Below are positions 1 to 10,776 of a stretch of DNA of 64,000 bases, one piece after another; the stretch's first letter is position 1, and the number at the start of each line of letters is the position of its first letter. The translations under genes were made by a program, and so were the position numbers. The notes under the pieces were generated by a model. It saw only the letters and a program-made list of their open reading frames with translations, was not told the DNA's origin and searched no databases. This stretch comes from Tubiluchus corallicola (taxonomy: Eukaryota > Animalia > Priapulida): NCBI GenBank assembly GCA_030141605.1, contig JAQGDQ010000748.1, positions 1 to 64,000 of the forward strand. The letters run 5' to 3'.

Positions 1-771
1 CTATATACAATGGAAAGTGACTCCTTAATTAATGCTATCCAAAGATTTGTTTGTCGAAGAGGCGAACTTAAGATGCTGCGATCCGATTGTGGCACTAATT
101 TAACTGGAGCAGATCGTGAACTGAAGAAATCGATCGAGCAGTGGAACAATGAGGACATTTCCAAGGCATTACAAAAAAAGGGAATCGAATGGCGATTTAA
201 TGCTCCTCAGTCTCCACACACTGGAGGAGTTTGGGAGCGGCTGATAAAGAGTGTAAAACGAACACTTACCTTTATCATGGACAAGCACACCATAGATGAT
301 GAAGCATTACACACATATTTTTGTCAGGTTGAGAATATCCTGAATAGTCGTCCGATTTCTGTAGTTTCAGAAGACATTCGCGATTGCGAACCTCTGACTC
401 CTAATCACTTGCTGTTGCTGCGCAATGGTCCTACTCTACCACCTGGAAAATTCACCGACTGTGATGGGTACACAAGAAGATGGCGCCACATTCAACATAT
501 GGCCAACATATTTTGGCAAAGGTGGAAGAAGGAATATATAGTTATGCTCCAGCAAAGGTCTAAATGGAACAGAGCCAAGAAAAACATCCAAGAAGGTGAC
601 ATCGTCCTAATTAAAGACATCCAGACTCCGTGAAGCGGCTGGGCTCTAGGCAGAGTAATACTAGCCAGTCCAGAAGAAGATGGTTTGGTGCGGTTTGCAA
701 CATTGAAGACAGCTTCTGGCATTCTAAGATGACATATTAATCAATTATGTTTAATTGAAGGACACATGTAA
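1..771 (+). pseudogene. BEL/Pao LTR retrotransposon (family 1) pol C-terminus: integrase core and C-terminal domain, with two premature stops
   Basis: ORF 10-633 has BEL integrase motifs (RSDCGTN, WRFNAPQSPHTGGVWERLI, LNSRP, PLTPNHLLL, FWQRWKKEY). The frame continues past TGA 631-633 (SGWALGRV...DGLVR) and TGA 730-732 to TAA 769-771. Confidence 0.92.
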
Positions 772-827
772 TGTCTGTTGTAAACTCAATTATTCTGGTA
801 AATGCTCCTGTAATTAAAGTCGCATTT

Positions 828-837
828 AAGGGGGCGG
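828..837 (+). other. Polypurine tract of BEL family 1
   Basis: AAGGGGGCGG lies directly before the TGTGA LTR start. Confidence 0.8.
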
Positions 838-1247
838 TGTGAAGGATTTTAGGTTGTACTTCAGTGTTCTTTCATTCTGTAAACCCCCCTATACTGTCCT
901 TTTTAACTGCATTCATATATGTATGTCTTGACTTGGCTTCTTTCTGTCATGCTCTACTGACAGAGCTAGTTTACCTGGTCTGTTGGCAGTCTGTTCTTGG
1001 CTAAGAGAGTTGTTGTTGTTGTTGTTGTTTGTCTCAGTTAAACCATTTATTTGTCAAGAGTAGTAGAGCCATGATGTAAGTTTATTTTGATTATTCAGTC
1101 TCACTTTATTATTAATTTCTTTGTTTCCTTTTTGGCTCAAATTAGTTTGTCATATTTTGTTATGATTTGTTTTGCAGATAAAACGTAATAAAGCTACTCA
1201 AACATGAATTTTTGACTTTGGGCATCATGAAGTAGTAGTCTCTCACA
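838..1247 (+). mobile_element. 3' LTR of BEL family 1 (about 410 bp)
   Basis: Follows the PPT; TGTGA...TCACA inverted termini; Inr-like TCAGTT at 1034-1039; AATAAA at 1187-1192. The partner LTR is outside the window, so the right end is inferred. Confidence 0.75.
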
Positions 1248-1869
1248 GTGAACATAACATACCTTTGTCAAGTTTCTTTTTGTCATCAGTGCCTCTTCCA
1301 GCCTTGCTTCAATATCTTATTAGCAAAAGTGAAATTAGTAGCTCAATAATTTTCAGCAAGGGTGAACAACGTGTGACGTAAACATCATAATAGCTAAGTA
1401 ATCATTATGGCAAGTGGGGAACACAACAGCAAATGATGGACCAAGCATGCAAATTATGCAATAATTTTGCAATGAAAAAGCGTCTCTTTTAGTCTGGACA
1501 CTTTGCCATCATGGCAGACTTTAATCTCGTTGTATTATATAAATGAATATTATAAGAATGGCCTGTCGCATCTGCCTGCATTAAATATTTGTTTGTCGCG
1601 GCATGCAAAATGCATCATTTGTATAATGTATGAGCTATGCATAATGTTAGTTTTGTGGTGGCAGGCATGGCTTCATTTCACGACATTTTAATTTAACGTC
1701 ATATTTTATTGGAAAGCATTGGCATATAAAGTGTGAATGTACTATATTTTCTGTTATACTGAGCAGTAATTTATTTTGTCACTAATAAAATAACAATAAA
1801 TCTGTTTTATAGGTTCAGTGTTTCTGATGATACTTGTGATATGGTATGAACTGTAACTAAACCAAGACG

Positions 1870-3123
1870 ATGGCTGCCTACTTGTTTTGTTTGACCACAG
1901 GAGGTGGTGTGCCACTTTTTTCACGTATTGTGGGTGATGTTAAATCTCTGCCATTTGCTATAATAGGAACACTTAATGGAGTACACATGTTCGCAAATTC
2001 ACATGATATCAAACTTCTGGCTACACGTACTAAAGGCGCTAAGATTGCCTGGAAAGTTTTCAATAGCAGTATTACGCTGATTTTAGTAACAAATGACAAC
2101 GGGACTTCAGATTCATTTATGCAGCAAATACTTGAATTTGTATTTAATGCGATGGTTTTACTAATTGGACTAGATGACCTTATTAATATAAAAAATGTTG
2201 AACGATTAAAGCGCGAATTGAGATGCTGTTATCAACTTTTTGACTGTTTGCTTGAGCATGACAACCGGGAAGAGTTTGGTGATGTTGTTGTTGCAGCTGA
2301 TATAATGTTAAGTAATAGTAACAGTGTTTTCAAAGAAATTTTGGACAGTTTTGTCGATGCAGCTGATTCCACTTATGGTTGTATAATGGTGCATGGCAAA
2401 GTTGTGGCAGCAACTAAAAAGTGGTGGGAGTTAACTGGTATCGAACTTGTGCTCATTTCTTTGCTAATTTCAACCCTACCTCAAGCTTCATCTCGTGATA
2501 TACCTGTGTTCTTGCCACAAGGAAGCCCGACTGTGCCACACAGACTTTGTACATTGCAACTTACTCCAGGGGTACAGATTTGTATTCTTTGTGGACCTGT
2601 ACCTTCGTTGGCACAGTTAACTAATCGCATTGCAAAGTACTGGCAATCAGCTTTAGACTTGCTACGAGATTGTGCAATAGTATATCCTAGAAATTTTCCT
2701 CATAGTATTGCTGTGGATCATAACATACTTGGATTCATTTTAGTAAACATGAACTCAAAGCAGTGTTTGTGTTCTGTTCAAATAAGGCAAGAGAACACTC
2801 GCAGAGAGGGATTTACAATGAGTTACAATCGAAGGAGGGCTATTTTACGTGCTTTTTATATGTCCACAGTTGGTCATATATTTGAACTGGTATCACAATC
2901 TGATAGTCAAAAAACGCTTCCTAGTGATGATATACATGAACGTCTTCTACATAGACCAAAAGAGGCTTACCAGTTATGTGATACACACAGTTGTTATGCT
3001 ATTCAAACTCACTTGTATAGAATTTTCATCTTGTATAATAAAAGGATTCCTCTCTATGCAACTGGCCCCGTTGCAAAGCATACTATAATTGCTTTAACAA
3101 AGGATAAAAATATCAGAATATAA
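1870..3123 (+). CDS. FUZ: Protein fuzzy homolog (planar cell polarity effector, CPLANE longin-domain protein), 417 aa
   Basis: Recognisable Fuzzy motifs GVPLF, LPF.IIGTLNGVHMF, NVERLKRELR, GKVVAATKKWW, RDIPVFLPQGSPTVPHRL, ILCGP. A splice acceptor tttatag ends at 1812, so a 5' UTR intron is likely. Confidence 0.93.
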   Translation: MAAYLFCLTTGGGVPLFSRIVGDVKSLPFAIIGTLNGVHMFANSHDIKLLATRTKGAKIAWKVFNSSITLILVTNDNGTSDSFMQQILEFVFNAMVLLIGLDDLINIKNVERLKRELRCCYQLFDCLLEHDNREEFGDVVVAADIMLSNSNSVFKEILDSFVDAADSTYGCIMVHGKVVAATKKWWELTGIELVLISLLISTLPQASSRDIPVFLPQGSPTVPHRLCTLQLTPGVQICILCGPVPSLAQLTNRIAKYWQSALDLLRDCAIVYPRNFPHSIAVDHNILGFILVNMNSKQCLCSVQIRQENTRREGFTMSYNRRRAILRAFYMSTVGHIFELVSQSDSQKTLPSDDIHERLLHRPKEAYQLCDTHSCYAIQTHLYRIFILYNKRIPLYATGPVAKHTIIALTKDKNIRI

Positions 3124-4168
3124 CAGCGATAGCTCAGTTTGTAATTTTGTATATTGTAAACAATAATTTTTATTGATTTGGCTGGCATTGTGAGAAAATC
3201 TAAAATTCAAAAAACCAGTTGATATCTTCCTTACCATAGCTGTTGTTGTTGTTACTGCTGCTGCTGCAATTTTTTTTTCTTTTTTGTCATTTATTACACT
3301 TTTCTATATAGATGGCCTAGAACAAGACCAGTAGTCACTGAAGATGGGGGTGCAACTGAAAAATCCTATTTAGGGTTAATGTTTGTAAAAGAGAAACCAT
3401 ACCCATATTTCCCTGATAGAATAAGTTGTAACTGAAGTTGAGTCTGAGTTGTAACTGAAGTTGAGTCTGGTTAGTCATATATGAATACTTATATAAAAAA
3501 TGCTAGTTCTTGAAATATTAAATAAATGGACAGTAATCGCTGGCTAGTGAACACCACTGAAAAACTATTGCAGGTTTATTTATTTCACTGTATAATGACT
3601 TGATGGTAAAAATTCTTTCTTTCCTTTACTACTCTTATAGATTTTGAAATGACCAATCTGATAGTTGCAGGTCAGTTATAAGTGCACATTGGTTGCTTCC
3701 CATTGTTAAGAGAATTAAGCCTATAACCAAAATAACCATCATTTAAATTATAACCTAAATTAGCTGGAACTAAAACATGTATATTAACATGTCATAATGA
3801 TACATGAAAATAATGAAATGGAACTGTTAAATGTTAAATGGTAATTGGAAATGACAGTCTGCTCAAATGTCTTAAAACAGAGAAATCCTTTCCTAATAGA
3901 CTATTTCATTTTTTCTCTTAATAAACACTTGTTTAAACAAAAAATGAAAATATGACTGCAGGCAAACAAATTTCTATTACTGATTTTGTAGGTAAGTCTT
4001 GGAGATTCAAGAGAAAAAACTGGATTTGTAAACACTTGCCCTGCATCCCAGTTAAAAATATGAGAAGCAGCAAAATATGTACTCCAAGCAACTGTCTGCA
4101 TTTATGAACCAATCAAGAGAATTTTTCACAGTGATAAAAAGTAGCAATAAAAAGCCTTAATGTAGCAA

Positions 4169-5955
4169 CATGGGCGGATACAGGTTTTAGAACAACGGTG
4201 GGCCCAACAGAAAAGCAGTTAGGGAGTCTGAGGGAGCGGTGCAAGCTCCCCTGCGAGGTCAACGTGGACAACAAACATTTTACTGCATTTTAGACCACAT
4301 TTCTGCCTTCTAGAAGCCATTTTCTCAAGGAAGCTCACTAGATTACAACAGGTGTCATCTCATCTTTGACTCAAAATAACATACCAGTATATTGATATAC
4401 ACTATACACATACATAATATACATAACCGTCATCTGTTTTCTTGTGATATATTATTTATACAGATATAAGGCAGCTTCAGGGTTTAGCAAATCGTTCTAA
4501 TGCTTATAATTCAAAGAAAATATTAATTTGGTGTGTTGTAACTGCTACTGTGAAAGGAGAGCCCACCCCTTGGCCCCACTTGCTACTAATTTTAACACTC
4601 GTCTTTTCGCTGATGATAAAAGTCTCTTCCTCACATCTACTAACCTTTCAACTTTACAACATCGCACCAACAAGGAACTAAAAAAGATTGATGACTGGAT
4701 GAAAGCAAATAAATTAACTGTTAATTACACTAAAACCAAGTATATGTTAATCAGTAGGAACTTTTCACAACAAGACTCTTCCACTTTCGAACTCAAAATT
4801 GGTGACATAATTTTAACACAAAGTAGTAGTATAAAATACCTTGGGTTGCATATTGACAACAATATGAAGTGGTCTACCCATATTTCCTCTACAGCAACAA
4901 AACAGCTGGCATTTTTGCAAAGTTAAGACATTTTATTAATTTGCCTGTTTTGAAAATGATCTACCATGCATTAGTCTATCCGTACCTCCAATACTGTGTG
5001 TTGTCATGGTGGCAAACAAAAAATACTTATTTCAACCACTAATAACAGTTCAGAATAAAATAGTTAAATACATGACATTCGCCAATTACAGAGACCATGC
5101 AACACCATCGTACATACACCTTAGTTTATTGAAAATACAAGATATTTATAATCTTGAATTATTTAAATTCATGTATAAGTATAATAACCGGCAGTTGCCT
5201 GAATTATATACTAACTACTTTACTTTACCTTAATCAAAATGTTCACTCTCACTATACTAGGTCTTCCAGTATGGGGGACACTATTTTCAAACACGATTTA
5301 ACACAGCGTATGGCTTAAATACCATACAGCACAGTGGAGTTATATTGTGGAATAGTGTACCCAATACAATCATTTCCTCTCCTTCTTTACAAATAGCCAC
5401 TAAACAATATAAGATATTTTTACTTAGTAAATATTCATTGGCATAGAAAACCAGAGGTTTTTTCTCTTTTTGTGCACGTGTGTCTTTTTGCACTAATGTT
5501 TTTCTTTTACTAATAGGTACCATTACGACCTTTGTTACTTTATTAGTAAAAGGTATAAATCAATTTAAATGAAATTATTCATTCATCGCAGCCTATATCA
5601 AAATCGTAATTACATATTATGTTTCCTTGCTTTTATTACATCATTTACTTTATTTCAAAATTATTTCAATATTTATATCAAAATCGTAATTACATATTAT
5701 GTTTTCCCTATGTTTCCTGCTATTATTACATCATTTACTTTATTACATCAATTTCATTAAGTCATCTACAAAAGCACGCATAACTTTAATAATTTTTTCA
5801 TTTTCATTTAAGTAAGGTGAGTGTGTTAATGACCGTATGGTCGTACACTCACCTCACACTACTCAAATCATTTTATTTATTGTTTATTTGTGTACAACAT
5901 TGTATTTTGACGTGTGAAAAATAAATTCATAGTTCACTCTCTAAATCCGCTGATG
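4169..5955. mobile_element. Degenerate TIR MITE (CATGGGCGGATAC...AATCCGCTGATG) interrupted by a LINE
   Basis: Imperfect inverted ends at 4169-4184 and 5940-5955; GC-rich subterminal sequence at 4200-4260 and 4560-4580; no clean TSD. Confidence 0.45.
4581..5937 (+). mobile_element. 5'-truncated, frameshifted L2/CR1-group LINE (RT C-terminal half and 3' UTR)
   Basis: RLFADD, W..ANKL.VNY.KTKYM and IKYLGLHID.N.KW.THI motifs, continuing in other frames to G.ILWNS.P; 3' stem-loop GGTGAGTGT...ACACTCACC at about 5816-5853; AATAAA near 5920. Confidence 0.8.
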
Positions 5956-6834
5956 CAGCAGACCTTTAAAAAAGATAGCGATTCCATAGAAGACCCCAAA
6001 CCAGAGTAGACCAGATTTGCAATATGATACGCAAATCAGGTTGCCTGGCTGTGTTAAGGTAGCAAGTGCTCAAGGCACCAGCTATGTTTCATTGTAAAAA
6101 CACAGGTCGAGGCCAAGCAAATTAACATGATTGGTCGCAAAGAAATTAAACATCCTCAAATTGTACAATCTAACTAAGTTGTTATAAATTGTATGAAAAA
6201 CACAGTTTTGTGATAAAATTAACTTAGAAACAATTTGTTATTCGTATTTCCTGTTCTGTACACATTAAATTAGAAACTACAGCATTCCTGTTCTTAGGTT
6301 ATAAAATTATTGTGTAAGTTTTAATATAATACTATGTAATTAATATGATTATGTAACTTTAATTTAATATTTATTTAATAGGTTTAACTTTAATAATACA
6401 ATAAAAAGCATTAACATTTATTTTTGCATAATAAAAGTCAAATATACATCAATTGTAATAAAAAATAAAACGGCAGCGACTGAAAAATTAACATATTGGA
6501 TGTGGAAAAATGTCATCTTGCACGTTGCGTTAGTTTTAGACCAATTATTAAATTTAATATCATTTATATAAGGAAACAATTGCCTATAAGTCTACATCTG
6601 ATAGGCGATAATTGATAACAAATTTAATATTAAAACTAATCGCAGTCGCTTGTATAATCATAAACGATTGTCATAAATTTGAATTATTGTTAATTCTCAT
6701 TATTATTGATATAAATAATTAAAATTGTCATAATTTTTCAGACAGAAACACCAGAAGCACTGCTGCATGGCGTGCCTGCAGAGTCTATGGGAGACATCGT
6801 CATCGTTTATGCTATGTTTGAAAAATGAAAGGTA

Positions 6835-6871
6835 ATTGGTTGCCTTAGCACGTGTCGTAATTCTAACCAAT
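6835..6871. promoter_or_regulatory. Candidate promoter: ATTGG, CACGTG and CCAAT, possibly for the gene whose coding exon starts at 18063
   Basis: Inverted CCAAT at 6835-6839, E-box at 6849-6854, CCAAT at 6867-6871 in a locally CpG-richer patch; possible donors at 6943 and 7104. The link to the gene is inference. Confidence 0.3.
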
Positions 6872-7647
6872 GGCTGATGCTGTTTCATAAGTTGACACAA
6901 GCCGATCTTCATTTTGTTCTGACAAAACTGAAAATTGTAAAGGTTTCCCCGCGTTTTCTATACTTTTCATTTTTCTCAATAATAAATGCTGTTGTTATTT
7001 TAATTGTTCTTACCGATAATTTAAGTGCAGTATGGAGTGTAAATCGACTTTAGCAATGTCTATTAACTTGCATTTGTTGAGTTTTTTAGCCGCTTATTGT
7101 GCAGTAAGACCTATCTCCTGGGCCTACCGCCCAAAAGTCATTAATTACTTTTTCTCTTTTAATTTTCTAATTTAGTTACGTTCGTTATTTTGGATTTTAA
7201 GTTTTTTTCTGCTTACGTAAAATGATCTACTAATAGTATAATTGGGTACTGTTATTTGGCCTGTATAGTTTTTTGAGACAATAAACCTGAATAAGTAATG
7301 AGTATTACTGTAATTTGTAAATCATCATCATCATATTCCCATGATGTCTATTGTAGACATTGGGCAGGCAAAACTCTAAAAGAAAAGAAATCTGCCCTCA
7401 AGACAGGTAAACACAGCAGCAATTCAGGAATAAATCCAGGCCTGTCATGAGAACGGGAATTAAAAATTACCCTTTACGTCATGAGTTGTTTGAACTTGTT
7501 GTCAGGCAACCACAGTACGGTTACATTATCCACATAAGGCTATAAGATTAAAACGAATAACTATTTCTTTATAAGTGAATATTATACTTGGTATTCTTAA
7601 TTATCTGCTGTGAATTAGCCATGCTCTGTTGCCTATTGTTGTAACTA

Positions 7648-8479
7648 CAATAGTCGCCACTTAATAGACTCACTGGTAATAGACTCAATCGCTTAATTGA
7701 CTCAAAAATGCCTGGAATGGGCTGCTTCTATTCAAATATACATAAAAACTATCGATAATTGACTCAAATAACTTCGCTTAATTGACTCAATATTTTTCCT
7801 TCACATACTTAAAGTAAGACATTTGTATGTGCCCAAACAGTCTTTCTTACTTTCATGTCATCTTTACTTCCCTTTTGTGCATTATATATGTAGAAACAAT
7901 CATGTTAAGTACTGTTTTGTTTGGAAGCAGGTACGTTTATCATACGCTAATAGGCTAGCGTAGCGGTTTTGCTTTAAATCTGTTACCCGCTCGCCCACTG
8001 TTACCCAAAGAATTTCTGGAAGCTAAACATTTAATCACTTGCCTAGCGGTTTCCTCTTGATGCTCTAGTTACAAATCACGCTTTCAGGCTTAATGAGTTG
8101 ATACTCAAAGCTGTACAGTACATTTACTGGCTATGTCATGGAGCAATGTAAGTGAGCAGACGATTCAGAACTGTTTTAGTCATGCCCAATTCAGACTTGT
8201 GTGATTTAGAAAAGTGTACTTATTTACAAAAGTATATTTATTGTTAATTCACTTATACAAATTAATATTTTAAAATATTTTTTCTATTTTTAACTGTACA
8301 AAGGAATTTAGGCATTACTTCATTTCTAAACTTGACTAAAAGCCTTTGCAAGTGCATAGTAAGCTGATGACTCATACTTCTGTAGCAGTAATACTATACC
8401 CATCGGTTAATAGGTTCAATCAGTTAATTGGATCAAAACACGTCGGTTCCGAAGTGAGTCTATTAAGCGGCGACTACTG
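7648..8479 (+). mobile_element. Tc1/mariner (pogo/Tigger-like) MITE, family A, copy 1
   Basis: TIR CAATAGTCGCCACTTAATAGACTCAC / GTGAGTCTATTAAGCGGCGACTACTG, TA on both sides, subterminal TTAAT(A/T)GACTC repeats; homologous copies at 54.5-55.5, 57.6 and 63.2 kb. Confidence 0.9.
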
Positions 8480-8651
8480 TATAACATGCTCTTTTGCCTA
8501 ATGTTACTATAACATTTAAACATTATGTGGCTTCCATTTAAAACGAATCAATTAAATTGTTTCAGATGTAACAGCCAGCCAGTATTGTTTAAGTTTTTAT
8601 TCCTGGATTATTCTCAAATTCTGCACAGCTTTTTTTAGAATTAAGATTTAT

Positions 8652-9295
8652 ATGTGTGTGCTTGCATAGCGAAATCGTCCATAAGTTGGCAATTAAGCTT
8701 TTTTTAGTTATTCACATATTCTGAATCTTCATTTCACGAGTATCATTTTGATACCAAGCTCATCGCTTAATGTTTTTCTAAGCTGAGATAATCCACATTG
8801 AAGTTGAGGTGCACGCTGCGCACTCATAAACATAATCTTGAGAAAATTGCTGTTAAATTTAGCCATTGTTTTTTTCGCGTTTGTACAAGACACTTAGAAA
8901 CCGCATGAATTGGTGGTTGCTACGGACTTTAAATCCAGTAGATGGCTGTTCCTGACGAAGATCTGGGCTTGGCAACAGAGAAAAACCGAAGAAAAATGAT
9001 TGCTTCCATGAGCTACAATCGGAGATTGAAAATACAAGTTTTTCACAACTGCATTATTAGTTTCTAGACAGAAAGGAGGTAGGGGGTTAAAAAATTACAT
9101 TTTTTGTATTTTTTGAACATTTTGATAAATTGTTGCTAGAATATAAAACCCCAATATATTTAGCATTTGTTTTTATAAAGAAGAAAAAATTAACATTTGA
9201 CCAAATTTTTGGGTCCTTCTACTTTGAAGCATCATAACTTAGCTTTAAATATGCCGACTTATGGACGGTTTTGGTTTGCAAGCACACACACACAT
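8652..9295. mobile_element. Unclassified TIR MITE
   Basis: About 40-bp imperfect TIR GTGTGTGCTTGCA...CGTCCATAAGTTGGCA / TGCCGACTTATGGACG...TGCAAGCACACAC, flanked by TA-rich sequence. Confidence 0.75.
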
Positions 9296-9300
9296 ATATA

Positions 9301-9850
9301 TATTTGTTTATTTATTTAAAGTGGATTAACAAAACAGTAGTACGTGATTCAAGCCTCTCCACAGTGTTGGTGCAAGTGAGTCAGTGCATTATAACATCAG
9401 TGCTAATATAAAATCAATAAGATTTTCAAGCCAGTAACATCAATTAGACATACATATCAGTTTGGCATAATATATATCATCTGGGCATTAAATAATGCAG
9501 TAAATCATCTAAATTAAATAATACATGAATACACATCAAAACAAGTGTTGTGAGTTCTAATCTGCAAGGACAATAGCAATGTTGTGCTTATTCTTCAGTT
9601 AGTAAAGTTTTTAAAACTCAATATTTATTTTTACTTAAACCTTTTGGTTGACTTTATAAAATCTTGAACTATGGTAAATAGAATCTCATTATTGCATGAG
9701 TTCAAAAATTTCATCATTGAATTACACATAGATTTATGACTAAAATTTACAATTTGCCTGTGACTAACAAAATTGTTGCAAAGTAATTCATTTAGAAAAA
9801 TGTATAGAAAAGTGTTTTCATGGCATTTGGATTTACGGCAGCAACCAATC
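9301..9850 (-). mobile_element. Highly degraded LINE 3' end, possibly the target of the BEL insertion
   Basis: Minus-strand peptide ...NEILFTIVQDFIKSTKRFK* resembles LINE ORF2 C-termini; TAAA-type tail near 9301-9318. Confidence 0.35.
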
Positions 9851-9993
9851 ACTGCACAGTATTGTCAGTATCTAGCACAGAATGTGTAAATAGACCATAA
9901 TGGCTACTGATAATTCATGTTTTACTGGGAAATTTACACGATTTCTCTTCTTACAAGCTTATCTCAAATAAAAGTTAAATTTTGTTATGTATT

Positions 9994-10698
9994 TGTAGAA
10001 AACTGGCTATTTGTTTTACAGATTTTATTTTCATTTTCCTCTCATTGTAAAAAAGAAGAAGGTGAAAACTGCAATAGAACAAGAAAAAAAGAATATCAAC
10101 AAAAATAAAGCAACAGTAAATGTGCGAGTAAATGAGAAACAAGCGTTAGCAAATTAACAACAAGCACACTGAAGCAGAAGGTGATTCAAAATTAAACCGT
10201 TACATATGGCATTACAAAACAAACGCAAAAAATTGCTAACAAACAAACTTCCCAGCATATTCACAAATCAGCACGCACATGCACACACGTGCATGCCTAC
10301 ACAAAAACACGCGCATACGCATGCACTTTAAACAGTTGCAAAAAATCAATAATTAGGCAATGGCTAGAGATGAAAAGAATTATTATCAAATAAACACCAA
10401 CAGGAACTATTAAGCAAACAAATAAACTTACAAACGTTTGAGGATCTGTATAACAAATTTCAAGCCAATCTTCAGAAATCACAAAGAGACATACTGGTTC
10501 TACAACAGTGGCCTACTGAACTCACAACTACTATACTACTAAAACAGGATTTTTTCCTATTCTAAGGCTATCTAACCACTCAATACAAGAGCGGCCAAGC
10601 ATGTCAAACAAACTCTACAGGTAATGCAAAATGAATAATGTCACTCTAGAATTAATACACCTGGCTTCACTGTACCCAAGCTAGCCTGAAAGATAACA
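9994..10698 (-). repeat. 3' LTR of BEL family 2
   Basis: Direct repeat of 15993-16697; about 7 substitutions and no indels by manual comparison; adjacent to the PPT. Confidence 0.97.
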
Positions 10699-10776
10699 CT
10701 CCCCACCGTAGAATAATTGCGATTCTACCACACCATGACCAAAACTCCATGACTGGTATCAACGGCGTCAACGATA

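Noticed and set aside
1248-1253. GTGAAC after the family 1 LTR resembles the family 2 PBS start
   Set aside because: This LTR follows a PPT, so it is a 3' LTR, and no gag follows. The bases are more likely the target-site duplication.
9917-10482. Duplicated small ORFs in the two LTRs as a possible env or accessory gene
   Set aside because: They are short, lie inside LTR sequence (partly the pyrimidine tract), and only about 70 bp separate pol from the PPT.
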